This document shows, in pieces, positions 56,059 to 64,000 of a stretch of DNA of 64,000 nt. The stretch covers positions 2,407,327 through 2,471,326 of the forward strand of contig NZ_OZ245930.1 in assembly GCF_965229905.1 (NCBI RefSeq), written 5' to 3'. Made by a program: the position numbers and the translations under genes. Within the stretch, counting starts at the first letter, position 1; every line of letters begins with the position of its first letter. The notes under the pieces are model-generated. The model was not told the DNA's origin and ran no database searches. It saw only the letters and a list, made by a program, of their open reading frames with translations. The DNA comes from Hyphobacterium sp. (GTDB lineage Bacteria; Pseudomonadota; Alphaproteobacteria; Caulobacterales; Maricaulaceae).

Positions 56059-56591
56059 TGATCGAGATCATCGCGGAACGCTTCAATTTCATCGTTGTCA
56101 TCATCCTCATGATGACGGGTCTTTATGCCGTGGTGGCGACGGGCAATCTGGTCAAGCGGCTGGTGGGGCTGTCGCTGTTCCAGACCTCGGTTTTTCTGCT
56201 CTACATCACAACGAGCAAGGTGTTCGGCGGCCAGCCGCCGATCTTGCCTTATCCGCTGGAATACGGCGATGGTCATGGCGGCGAGGGATATGGCGAAGAA
56301 GGCTATGCCGCGGCCACCAGCCATGCGGCGGACCCTGTTCCCGAGGCGCTCGCCGAGCCGGTGCCGGACGATATCGAACCGGTCGCCGATGCGGTCAGCT
56401 ACAGCGCCGAGGTGATCTATTCCAACCCGTTACCCCACGTACTGATCCTGACGGCGATTGTGGTGGGGGTGGCCACGCTGTCGGTCGGCCTCGCCCTCGT
56501 GGTGCGGATCCGCGAGACCTATGGCTCGATCGAGGATGACGCGATCAACAAGGCCGACTATGCGGTGGACAGCGCCGGGGGTAAGAGCTGA
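56058..56591 (+). CDS. mrpC: Mrp/Mnh antiporter subunit C (NuoK-like) with a long internal insertion
   Basis: NLVKRLVGLSLFQTSVFLLYI and PLPHVLILTAIVVGVA flank an acidic Gly/Pro-rich insert of about 65 residues. ATG 56058 (TGATG overlap) is preferred over GTG 56052. Confidence 0.8.
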   Translation: MIEIIAERFNFIVVIILMMTGLYAVVATGNLVKRLVGLSLFQTSVFLLYITTSKVFGGQPPILPYPLEYGDGHGGEGYGEEGYAAATSHAADPVPEALAEPVPDDIEPVADAVSYSAEVIYSNPLPHVLILTAIVVGVATLSVGLALVVRIRETYGSIEDDAINKADYAVDSAGGKS

Positions 56592-58120
56592 TGGAGTTTC
56601 TGGCTTCCCTGATGCCGGCTGTGGTCACCGAACACGGCGCGGCGCTCATCGTCGTCGTGCCTTTGCTGTCGGCCGCCATTGCCGCGGTGATGCCGAACGG
56701 CAAGATCGGCTGGGCTATCGCGCTGATCGCGACGATCGCCTCGGCACTGATCGCCATCAGCATCACCGTCGATGTCCAGGCCAATGGCGTGATATCCTAC
56801 GCCATGGGCGGCTGGCAGCCGCCGGCCGGGATCGAGTTCCGGATCGATGATCTCAATGCGGTCCTGCTGCTTCTGATCGGGTTTACCGGCGTATTGAGCG
56901 TGATCTACGCGCTGCCGAGCGTTGCTGACGAGATTGCCGACAATCGCCAGGCGCTCTTCTATTCGGCTTTCCTCGTCTGCTTTGCCGGCCTTCTGGGCGT
57001 GGCGATCACGGGCGACGCCTTCAACATGTTTGTGTTCCTCGAGATCTCGTCGATCTCGACCTATGTCCTCGTCGGCATGGGCGCGTCGCGCGACCGGCGG
57101 GCGCTGACGGCGGCCTACAATTATCTCATCCTCGGCACGATTGGCGCGACCTTCTTCGTCATTGGCGTCGGCTTCCTCTACATGGCGACCGGAACGCTGA
57201 ACATGTTCGACATGGCCGGGCGCATTCCGGAGTTGAGCGACAGCCGCGTGGTGCAGGCGGCCTTCGCCTTCATCATCGTCGGTCTGGGCCTCAAAGCGGC
57301 GATGTTCCCGCTGCATCTCTGGCTGCCGAACGCCTACGCCTATGCGCCGAATTTCGTGACGGTCTTCCTGGCAACGACGGCGACCAAGGTGGCCTTCTAC
57401 ACGCTGGTGCGATTCGCGTTTGACGTGTTCTGGCCAGAGGCGACCTTCGTTGCCATCAGCTTCCTGTGGATTTTCGCCATTCTCGGCATCATCGGCATGG
57501 TGGTGGCCTCGGTGCAGGCCGTGTTCCAGCACGATGCGCGGCGCTTGCTGGCGTTCTCCTCGGTGGCACAGGTCGGCTATATGATGCTGGGCCTGGGCAT
57601 CGGCACGCTGGCGGGCGTTTCCGCGGGCATGCTGCATCTTGTCAATCACGCCATGATGAAAGGCGCGCTGTTCATGGCGCTCGGCGCGTTCGCGATCCGC
57701 TTCGGCGTCCGCCGTATCTCCGATCTCAACGGGTTCGCACGGTCCATGCCGTTTACCGCCGTCGCATTCACCATTGCGGGGCTAAGCCTCGTCGGCGTCC
57801 CGATGACGGTCGGCTTCTGGTCGAAATGGTATCTCAGCGTCGCCGCGTTCGAGAATGGCTGGTGGTGGGCGGTTGCTGTGGTGATCCTATCCTCGCTGAT
57901 CGGCGCCGCCTACGTGGCGCGGATGCTGGCCGCCATCTGGGTGGCCGAACCGCATCACGACCGGAAAGGCGATATCGCGCATGCCCGCGCGCCTTTGCTG
58001 ATGCTGGTGCCGATGTGGGTGCTCGCGATCGCCAATGTCTGGTTCTTCTTCGCGCCTGACTTCCTGATATCGCTGACGAATGCGGCTGCCGACGCGGCGC
58101 TCGCCGGAGCGACACGATGA
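56591..58120 (+). CDS. mrpD: Antiporter-like subunit, MrpD/NuoN/NuoM family (copy 1)
   Basis: Proton-conducting membrane transporter signatures (WLPNAYAYAP, SSVAQVGYMMLG, LVNHAMMKGALF). Confidence 0.85.
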   Translation: MEFLASLMPAVVTEHGAALIVVVPLLSAAIAAVMPNGKIGWAIALIATIASALIAISITVDVQANGVISYAMGGWQPPAGIEFRIDDLNAVLLLLIGFTGVLSVIYALPSVADEIADNRQALFYSAFLVCFAGLLGVAITGDAFNMFVFLEISSISTYVLVGMGASRDRRALTAAYNYLILGTIGATFFVIGVGFLYMATGTLNMFDMAGRIPELSDSRVVQAAFAFIIVGLGLKAAMFPLHLWLPNAYAYAPNFVTVFLATTATKVAFYTLVRFAFDVFWPEATFVAISFLWIFAILGIIGMVVASVQAVFQHDARRLLAFSSVAQVGYMMLGLGIGTLAGVSAGMLHLVNHAMMKGALFMALGAFAIRFGVRRISDLNGFARSMPFTAVAFTIAGLSLVGVPMTVGFWSKWYLSVAAFENGWWWAVAVVILSSLIGAAYVARMLAAIWVAEPHHDRKGDIAHARAPLLMLVPMWVLAIANVWFFFAPDFLISLTNAAADAALAGATR

Positions 58121-59577
58121 GCTGGTCTCCCGAGCTCGCCCTTCTCGCGGCATTGGTCATTCCGCTCATCGGCGGCGTGTTTGTCAGCCTGTTGGGCAAG
58201 ATGCCCAATCTGCGCGAAGGCGCCACATTGGCCGCGGCCGTGCTGCTGGCGGTGAATGTGGCCTATCTCGTTTCGGTGACGGGCGACCGTCCCGAGCTGA
58301 TTTATGCAATCGGCGATACTGGCCTGTCTTTCGGCTTCCGCCTGGAGCCGTTGGGAGCTCTGTTTGCGGCGGTGGCGAGCGGGCTCTGGATCGTCAATTC
58401 GCTTTATTCCATCGGCTATATGCGCGGGAATAACGAACCGCATCAGACCCGTTTCTACGTCTTTTTCACAATCGCCATTGCCTGCGCCATGGGCGTTGCG
58501 CTGGCGTCCAACCTGTTGACGATGTTCCTGTTCTACGAGGCGCTGACGCTGTCGACCTATCCGCTGGTCGCGCACAAGGGCGATGACAAGGCACGGCGCG
58601 GGGCGGCCATCTATCTTGCCATCCTGCTCGGCACCTCGATCGGTCTTCTGCTTCCCGCGATCATTGCCACGCAGTTCATCGCCGGGTCGACGGAATTTAC
58701 CGTTGGCGGCCTGCTGGCATCCGAAGCTTCGCCGCTGGTGGCCAGCGTCCTTTTGATCCTGTTCGCTTTCGGGATCGGCAAGGCCGCCCTGATGCCGGTG
58801 CATCCCTGGCTGCCGAACGCCATGGTCGCGCCGACGCCGGTCTCGGCCTTGCTGCACGCCGTGGCCGTCGTGAAGGCCGGTGTTTTCGCGATCCTGAAAG
58901 TCGCGACCTACATTTTCGGCCCGGAGCTGATCCAGTCGGCGCCAGCGTCGAGCTGGCTGGCCTGGATCGCGGCGATTTCGATCGTGCTGGCCTCGGTCAT
59001 CGCGATGTCGAGCAATAATCTCAAACGCCGTCTGGCGTTCTCGACCGTTTCGCAGCTGTCATACGTGACGCTGGGCGCGATGATCGCAGCTCCGCTCGCG
59101 CTGCTGGGCGCTGCGCTGCAGATCGTGATGCACGCCTGGGGCAAAATCACGCTCTTCATGTGCGCGGGCGCGATTTATACCGCGACCAAGAAAACCGAGA
59201 TATCGGACATGCGAGGGCTGGGCCGTTTGATGCCCTGGACGTTTGGCGCGTTTGCGGTTGGCGCTTTCTCGATCATCGGTTTGCCGCCTTTCGGCGGCAT
59301 GTGGCCGAAACTCTATCTGATGTGGGGCGCCGCCACGACCGGACAGCAGGCGCTGATGGTGGCGTTGATCCTCTCCTCGGTGCTCAATGTTGCCTATCTG
59401 CTGCCTATCCCGGGGCGCGGCTTCTTTGATCCGGCGCCCAAGACCGGCTTGAAAAAGCCGGGGCCGGTGTTCGCCGTGCTGCCCCCTGTGATCACGGCTG
59501 CCGGCGTGACGGCGCTGTTCTTCCTGATCGGCCCGCTGACCGATTTCCTGGCCCCCGTTTTCGGTTTGGAGCTTTAA
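58117..59577 (+). CDS. mrpD: Antiporter-like subunit, MrpD/NuoN/NuoM family (copy 2)
   Basis: WLPNAMVAPTPVSALLHAVAVVKAG, STVSQLSYV, and HAWGKITLFM. 4-nt overlap with the upstream gene. Confidence 0.85.
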   Translation: MSWSPELALLAALVIPLIGGVFVSLLGKMPNLREGATLAAAVLLAVNVAYLVSVTGDRPELIYAIGDTGLSFGFRLEPLGALFAAVASGLWIVNSLYSIGYMRGNNEPHQTRFYVFFTIAIACAMGVALASNLLTMFLFYEALTLSTYPLVAHKGDDKARRGAAIYLAILLGTSIGLLLPAIIATQFIAGSTEFTVGGLLASEASPLVASVLLILFAFGIGKAALMPVHPWLPNAMVAPTPVSALLHAVAVVKAGVFAILKVATYIFGPELIQSAPASSWLAWIAAISIVLASVIAMSSNNLKRRLAFSTVSQLSYVTLGAMIAAPLALLGAALQIVMHAWGKITLFMCAGAIYTATKKTEISDMRGLGRLMPWTFGAFAVGAFSIIGLPPFGGMWPKLYLMWGAATTGQQALMVALILSSVLNVAYLLPIPGRGFFDPAPKTGLKKPGPVFAVLPPVITAAGVTALFFLIGPLTDFLAPVFGLEL

Positions 59578-59578
59578 A

Positions 59579-59896
59579 ATGAGTGACCCGACCCCCACAC
59601 CGGAAGCGCCAGCGGGCGACGACAATGTTCATCCCGCGGCCAAGCCGTTTCTGTGGCTGGACACCAAATGGGCCCGCCGCGCGCCATTCTGGATTTTCGG
59701 CGGTCTCGCGCTGCTCCTTCTGGTGCTGGAGGCGTTCAGCCCGCTGCATCCTGCCTCGAAATGGGACGACGTTTTCGGCTTCTACGAGATCGAGGGCTTT
59801 TTCGGGTTCTGCCTGGCCGTGCTGATGGGCTGGCCGCTGCGCCGTCTGCTCGGCCGTCCGGAAGACTATTACGACCAGGAGGGTGATCATGACTGA
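59579..59896 (+). CDS. Small two-TM membrane protein embedded in the Mrp-like cluster
   Basis: The ORF starts 1 nt after the upstream stop and overlaps the next gene. Two hydrophobic segments and an acidic C-terminus. No family recognised. Confidence 0.55.
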   Translation: MSDPTPTPEAPAGDDNVHPAAKPFLWLDTKWARRAPFWIFGGLALLLLVLEAFSPLHPASKWDDVFGFYEIEGFFGFCLAVLMGWPLRRLLGRPEDYYDQEGDHD

Positions 59897-61604
59897 TCTG
59901 ATCACCGCGGGCCTATCGCCCGCGCTTCCGGTCATTCTGGCGGGCCTGCTCGCCGCTGTCGTGCCATCCTATGCGGTGCGCAAATCGCTGATGCTGATCG
60001 CGCCATTGGCGGCAGCTGCGATCTGGTTCCTGACCCCTGAAGTCGGCATTTTCGGTATCGTCGAATTGGCCGGCTTCACGTTCGAGACTTACCGGTTCGA
60101 CGCCTTGTCGCGGGTCTGGGGATTGATCTTTATCCTCGTGGTTTTCCTGAATGCGATCTATGCGCTGCACGACCGCGACCGGCTGCAGGATGCGACAACG
60201 CTGATCTATTCCGGTGCGGGGCTGGGCGCGGTATTTGCCGGCGACCTCCTGACGCTGTTCTTCTACTGGGAGCTGACGGCGATCAGCTCGGTTTTCCTGA
60301 TCTGGGCGAGCCGCAACCAGGCCGCTTTCCGTGCCGGGCTGCGCTATCTCGCGATCCACGTCCTGTCGGGCGTGATGCTGCTGGCGGGCGCCATTCTCTA
60401 CGCCAATCACACAGGCAGCTGGCAGTTCAACGCGATCGACGTCAATGCGCCGGGCGGTCTGTTGATGCTGCTCGCCTTCGGCATCAAGGCGGCCTTCCCC
60501 TTGCTGCACAACTGGCTGCAAGACGCCTATCCGAAATCAACGGCGATCGGGGCGGTGGTGCTGTCGGCATTTACGACCAAGCTTGCGATCTATGCGCTGG
60601 CGCGCGGTTTCGCCGGGCTCGACATCCTTGTGTGGGTTGGCTCCATCATGGTGGCCTTCCCGGTTTTCTATGCCGTGATCGAGAACGATCTGCGCAGGGT
60701 GCTGGCTTATTCGCTCAACAACCAGCTCGGCTTCATGGTGGCGGCCATCGGGGTGGGAACCGAGCTTGGCCTGAACGGCGCCGCAGCGCACGCCTTCGTG
60801 CATATCATCTACAAGGCGCTCCTGTTCATGAGCATGGGCGCGGTGTTGTTGCGGGTGGGGCATACCAAGGCGTCGGATCTCGGCGGGCTATACAAGTCGA
60901 TGCCGTTTACAACCGCCTTCTGTCTCGTTGGAGCGGGGGCAATCTCGGCCTTCCCGTTATTCTCGGGCTTTGTCGCCAAGGCGCTCACGCTCGCGGCCGT
61001 AGCCTATGGCGGTTATGAAATCCCGTTTGTTATCCTGGTGTTCGCATCGGCCGGTGTGCTGGAGCATTCCGGGATCAAAATCCCATATTTTGCCTTCTTC
61101 CATCACGATAACGGCCACCGCGTAAAGGAAGCGCCGTTCAACATGCTGCTGGCGATGGGGCTGGCATCATTCCTGTGTATCTATCTCGGCGTCAATTACG
61201 GTGTCCTCTACGACCTGCTGCCCTATCCGGTGGAGTATGCGCCCTACACGTTCGACCATATTGTCGGACAAATGCAGCTCCTGCTGGCCGCGCTTTTCGC
61301 GTTTACCTTCCTGGTCAAGTTCAAGCTTTATCCGGCGGAAAGGCGAACCGTGATTCTCGACACAGACTGGTTCTACCGGCGCGTCGGTGACGGTCTCTTC
61401 CGATGGGCCTGGGCGATGGGCGACCGGCTGATGGCCGCGATCGGCAACCGGTTTGGTACCGCCTGCCGGAACGCATCGGGCAAGCTGTTCAATCTGTTCA
61501 GTCCGGCCGGGGCGTTAAGCCGCGACGTGCCGAGCGGGATATTGGCGATCTGGACCAGCATCCTTTTAGGACTGGTCATGTTGATCGCCTATCTGGCCGG
61601 CTGA
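59889..61604 (+). CDS. Antiporter-like subunit, MrpD/MrpA(NuoL)-like family (copy 3)
   Basis: WLQDAYPKST, YSLNNQLGFMV and HAFVHIIYKALLFM. ATG 59889 lies 5 nt after AGGAGGG and is preferred over GTG 59883. Confidence 0.85.
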   Translation: MTDLITAGLSPALPVILAGLLAAVVPSYAVRKSLMLIAPLAAAAIWFLTPEVGIFGIVELAGFTFETYRFDALSRVWGLIFILVVFLNAIYALHDRDRLQDATTLIYSGAGLGAVFAGDLLTLFFYWELTAISSVFLIWASRNQAAFRAGLRYLAIHVLSGVMLLAGAILYANHTGSWQFNAIDVNAPGGLLMLLAFGIKAAFPLLHNWLQDAYPKSTAIGAVVLSAFTTKLAIYALARGFAGLDILVWVGSIMVAFPVFYAVIENDLRRVLAYSLNNQLGFMVAAIGVGTELGLNGAAAHAFVHIIYKALLFMSMGAVLLRVGHTKASDLGGLYKSMPFTTAFCLVGAGAISAFPLFSGFVAKALTLAAVAYGGYEIPFVILVFASAGVLEHSGIKIPYFAFFHHDNGHRVKEAPFNMLLAMGLASFLCIYLGVNYGVLYDLLPYPVEYAPYTFDHIVGQMQLLLAALFAFTFLVKFKLYPAERRTVILDTDWFYRRVGDGLFRWAWAMGDRLMAAIGNRFGTACRNASGKLFNLFSPAGALSRDVPSGILAIWTSILLGLVMLIAYLAG

Positions 61605-61607
61605 GGC

Positions 61608-61682
61608 TTATCCTCTGTATTTCACGATGCACGCCTAGGTCGCACCTGGACATTTTGATCCATAGATAGGAAAGTTATCCTC
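61608..61682 (+). promoter_or_regulatory. Three DnaA-box-like motifs upstream of the DnaA-domain-IV-like gene
   Basis: TTATCCTC at 61608-61615, TGATCCATA at 61656-61664, and TTATCCTCACA at 61675-61685. Compare the DnaA box TTATCCACA. Function untested. Confidence 0.25.
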
Positions 61683-61734
61683 ACATCGCACGGCTGCGCT
61701 TAGGATCGATCCGAAGCGAAAGACGGACATCATC

Positions 61735-62082
61735 ATGTGTGGACAACAATTCCTGGAAAGAGACCTGGCGCGGGCCCGGCTGGCGCGTGAGGCGGTGGCA
61801 TTCGCGTTCAACGTTCCGCCGGATGAGATCGCCGCACCGACCCGGCGCTCCTCGCGCGTCGCTTTCGCCCGGCAGGTGGCGATGTATCTCGCCCATGTGG
61901 CGTTCGAGTTGAACCTGGCGCGGGTCGGGCAGGCTTTCGGCCGCGACCGCTCGACAGCGTCTTACGCCTGCCAGATTGTCGAGGACCGGCGGGACGATCC
62001 TGCTTTCGACGCCTGGCTCGACGGTTTGGAAGACTGTCTGCGCACCGCGCCAGATCCAATGATCCTGGACGTGCTGCAATGA
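61735..62082 (+). CDS. DnaA domain IV-like helix-turn-helix protein (GafY-like candidate)
   Basis: RVAFARQVAMYLAHVAFELNLARVGQAFGRDRSTASYAC matches the Bac_DnaA_C pattern (ARQ.AMYL...IG..FGRDHSTV). Confidence 0.75.
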   Translation: MCGQQFLERDLARARLAREAVAFAFNVPPDEIAAPTRRSSRVAFARQVAMYLAHVAFELNLARVGQAFGRDRSTASYACQIVEDRRDDPAFDAWLDGLEDCLRTAPDPMILDVLQ

Positions 62083-62816
62083 GCGCCTCGCCACGCTGGA
62101 TCAAGCGGCTGGCGGTCCCCGGCGCGCGGCTGCGCGCCGTGCCGGGCCGGCCGGATGACTTTGTCGTGCTGCCGGGCGGCGATTTGCGCCGGCGGCCGCT
62201 GGCGAAGGTCAGTGCCGATGCCGTCCGGCAAGCTCGCGGCGAGGGCTGGATCGCAGGGAATATGGAAAACGGCTTCGTCCTCGCTTATGCGCCGGAAGCG
62301 CTGGCGATCCGCCAAAGCGGCGATTTCGCGGCGCCGCACAGTCAGACCGAAAACCGGGCGGTTGCCAGCGATGATGGCGAGGTCCGGCACCACCTGGTCA
62401 ATATCGCCGATTCTCCGCTGGCGCGCTGGCGCAAGCCGCGCGGGAAGGCCGTTAAAGCCTGGCTTAGCGCCGGGGAATTCGAGGCCGGTGAGAGATTGCG
62501 TGGCGATTTCCACAGATCGACACTCAGCGAGCGCATCACGTCGGATTGGGACAGCTATCTGACGCCGGTTCGCGGCGGGCAAGGCGGACGGGGCGTGGAG
62601 GACGCGCCGCCATCGGCGCTGGCGGCGAAGGCGCGGGTACAAGCCGCGCTTGATGCGGTCGGGCCGGGGTTTGACCGGGTTCTGTCCTCGGTCTGCCTGC
62701 GCGAGTTGGGGCTGGAAGCCTTCGAGCAGGACGAAGCCTGGCCACGGCGATCGGGCAAGGTGGTGCTGAAGCTGGCGTTACAGCGGCTCGCGCGGTTTTA
62801 CGGCCTGCCGGCTTAG
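62079..62816 (+). CDS. Hypothetical protein, DUF6456-like with a sigma-region-4-like C-terminus (GafZ-like candidate)
   Basis: 4-nt overlap with the upstream HTH gene. The C-terminal LRELGLEAFEQDEAWPRRSGKVVLKLALQRLARFYG looks like an HTH. Family assignment is from memory. Confidence 0.6.
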   Translation: MSASPRWIKRLAVPGARLRAVPGRPDDFVVLPGGDLRRRPLAKVSADAVRQARGEGWIAGNMENGFVLAYAPEALAIRQSGDFAAPHSQTENRAVASDDGEVRHHLVNIADSPLARWRKPRGKAVKAWLSAGEFEAGERLRGDFHRSTLSERITSDWDSYLTPVRGGQGGRGVEDAPPSALAAKARVQAALDAVGPGFDRVLSSVCLRELGLEAFEQDEAWPRRSGKVVLKLALQRLARFYGLPA

Positions 62817-63244
62817 GCGGCGATCCCGGCTTCGGTGCGGATGCGGGCGATCATTGCGTTGAGCCCGTTTGAACGCTGTGGCGAGAGATGCTCCGACAAT
62901 CCGATCCGCGACAGGACTTCGCGCGCATCGATATCGCCGATCTCGTCAGGATGACGTCCGGAAAAGAGGCGGACGAGGAGGGCGGCGAGGCCCTTCACGA
63001 TATGGGCGTCAGAATCCGCGCGGAAGCGGAAGGTGTCGCTGCCGGATTCGTCAATGACGAGCCAGACGCGGCTGGCGCAGCCCTTGACGCGATTGTCCTC
63101 GGTTTTCTCACCCTCTAGCAAGGCTGGCATTTCGCGACCGAGATCGATCAGATAGCGGTAGCGCGACTCCCAGTCGTCGAGGAATTCGAATTCCTCGACC
63201 AGAGCATCAATATCGGCTTCGGTTTCCGGCTGCATAGGCGGCAA
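62813..63244 (-). CDS. sufE: SufE family cysteine desulfuration protein
   Basis: Conserved RVKGCASRVWL active-site Cys motif and a length near 140 aa. Confidence 0.85.
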   Translation of the reverse strand: MPPMQPETEADIDALVEEFEFLDDWESRYRYLIDLGREMPALLEGEKTEDNRVKGCASRVWLVIDESGSDTFRFRADSDAHIVKGLAALLVRLFSGRHPDEIGDIDAREVLSRIGLSEHLSPQRSNGLNAMIARIRTEAGIAA

Positions 63245-63274
63245 ATATAATGCCGCTGCGGCGGGAACAAGGGA

Positions 63275-63580
63275 TCAGGAGGTTTCGGCTGCAGTCGTTT
63301 CGCGTTCGTCGAGCCAGTTTTCGACGCGTGACAGGGTCTCGTCGGTGGCAATCGAAACGAGACCACCGGCCTCGCCGGCCATGTCGCAGAGTGCGGGGAG
63401 ATCGGCGCAGACCTGCTGGAGCCGTTGTCCCTGCGCGATCACCTGGCTGATCTCGTCCGGTGTTTCCATCCCGTCGCTGGAGACCAGGCCGACAGGCGCA
63501 AAGGCCGCCACTACGGCGATCCAGAATGCAGCGCGGAATAGAAATCCAATCGGCACGGCCACTCGTCTCCTTCGATGCAC
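63275..63580 (-). CDS. Small membrane-anchored protein (DUF5330-like)
   Basis: N-terminal hydrophobic FLFRAAFWIAVVAAFAPV. The alternative start GTG 63562 follows AAGGAG and may be the true start. Confidence 0.5.
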   Translation of the reverse strand: MHRRRRVAVPIGFLFRAAFWIAVVAAFAPVGLVSSDGMETPDEISQVIAQGQRLQQVCADLPALCDMAGEAGGLVSIATDETLSRVENWLDERETTAAETS

Positions 63581-63758
63581 AGTTCTCCCAGTGCAAGAAA
63601 GAGGCTAGCCAAAGCCTCGCCGGTTTTCCAATAATTCCCGATTTGATGACCAATAAAGCCAAAAACGGATCCGACGAATTCTAATAAATAAAATGCCGGG
63701 ATGTTTTTTTACTGTGTGTTTACCCTGTTCCGGATCGGGACTGCCAGCCCGCGACCGG

Positions 63759-64000
63759 TCAGTCCCGCCGCGCCTGCGCCGCTTCGAGACACTGTGAAAC
63801 GTCCAGCAGGGCGTGTTGGGCGATGCAGAAAGAGTCCTCGTATTCGAAATGGGCGGCGGCCACGCACTGCGCGAGATTGACCCGTGCCCATTCGATACAG
63901 CGCTGGGCGAGCGGGTCGGCCAGCAGGGTCTGCAGCGAATCTTCGGTAAAGCGGTTGTCGTCGCCGATCGCCCGCAGCGCGGCGATTGACAGGATGCGGC
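63759..64000 (-). CDS. 3' end of a minus-strand gene entering from the right window edge (…RILSIAALRAIGDDNRFTEDSLQTLLADPLAQRCIEWARVNLAQCVAAAHFEYEDSFCIAQHALLDVSQCLEAAQARRD*)
   Basis: Open frame from the window edge to the TGA (complement of 63759-63761), with coding-like composition. The listed ORF 63709..63891 is an Arg-rich alternative frame. No family recognised. Confidence 0.5.
   Translation of the reverse strand, partial: RILSIAALRAIGDDNRFTEDSLQTLLADPLAQRCIEWARVNLAQCVAAAHFEYEDSFCIAQHALLDVSQCLEAAQARRD

Noticed and set aside
63207-63891. ORFs 63207..63662 (-), 63345..63608 (+), 63460..63684 (+) and 63709..63891 (-).
   Set aside because: They are Arg-rich alternative frames overlapping the better-supported small membrane protein gene (63275-63580), or the partial gene ending at 63759. 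None has a family motif or an RBS.

Overview
High-GC chromosomal segment that looks alphaproteobacterial (inferred from gene families and tight gene packing). It is almost fully coding, with about 75 supported genes and many 1-8 nt start/stop overlaps. I saw no integrase, transposase, CRISPR array or rRNA.

Recognisable content:
- Housekeeping genes: tag, ygfZ, bdhA, yaaA, tsaC, lepB, xseB-ispA-dxs-tlyA, aroC, pdxH, sppA, ptrB, sufE.
- A divergent tRNA-Pro(CGG)/tRNA-Gln(TTG) pair.
- A Vibrio-type TonB2/Ttp energy-transduction cluster followed by an extra TonB.
- A split peptide ABC importer locus.
- A 10-gene Mrp-like cluster in the order E-F-G-B'-B-C-D-D-x-D.

Most unusual observations:
1. 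Two tandem secreted proteins built from extreme Arg/Gly/Tyr/Asp low complexity. One carries FUS-like RGG boxes and eight RGD tripeptides encoded by in-frame 33/36-nt tandem repeats. Both also have glycine zippers and a shared Cys-containing C-terminal domain.
2. A DnaA-domain-IV-like HTH gene translationally coupled to a sigma-region-4-like partner, resembling the split GafY/GafZ gene-transfer-agent activator. DnaA-box-like motifs lie upstream.
3. The atypical Mrp-like module, including an MrpC with a long acidic insertion.
4. Two translationally coupled FabH-like KAS III paralogs in an operon with tag and lipoproteins.
5. An adjacent SET-domain / HDAC-like / histidine-phosphatase trio.

All family assignments come from motif recognition by eye. 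No database search was run.
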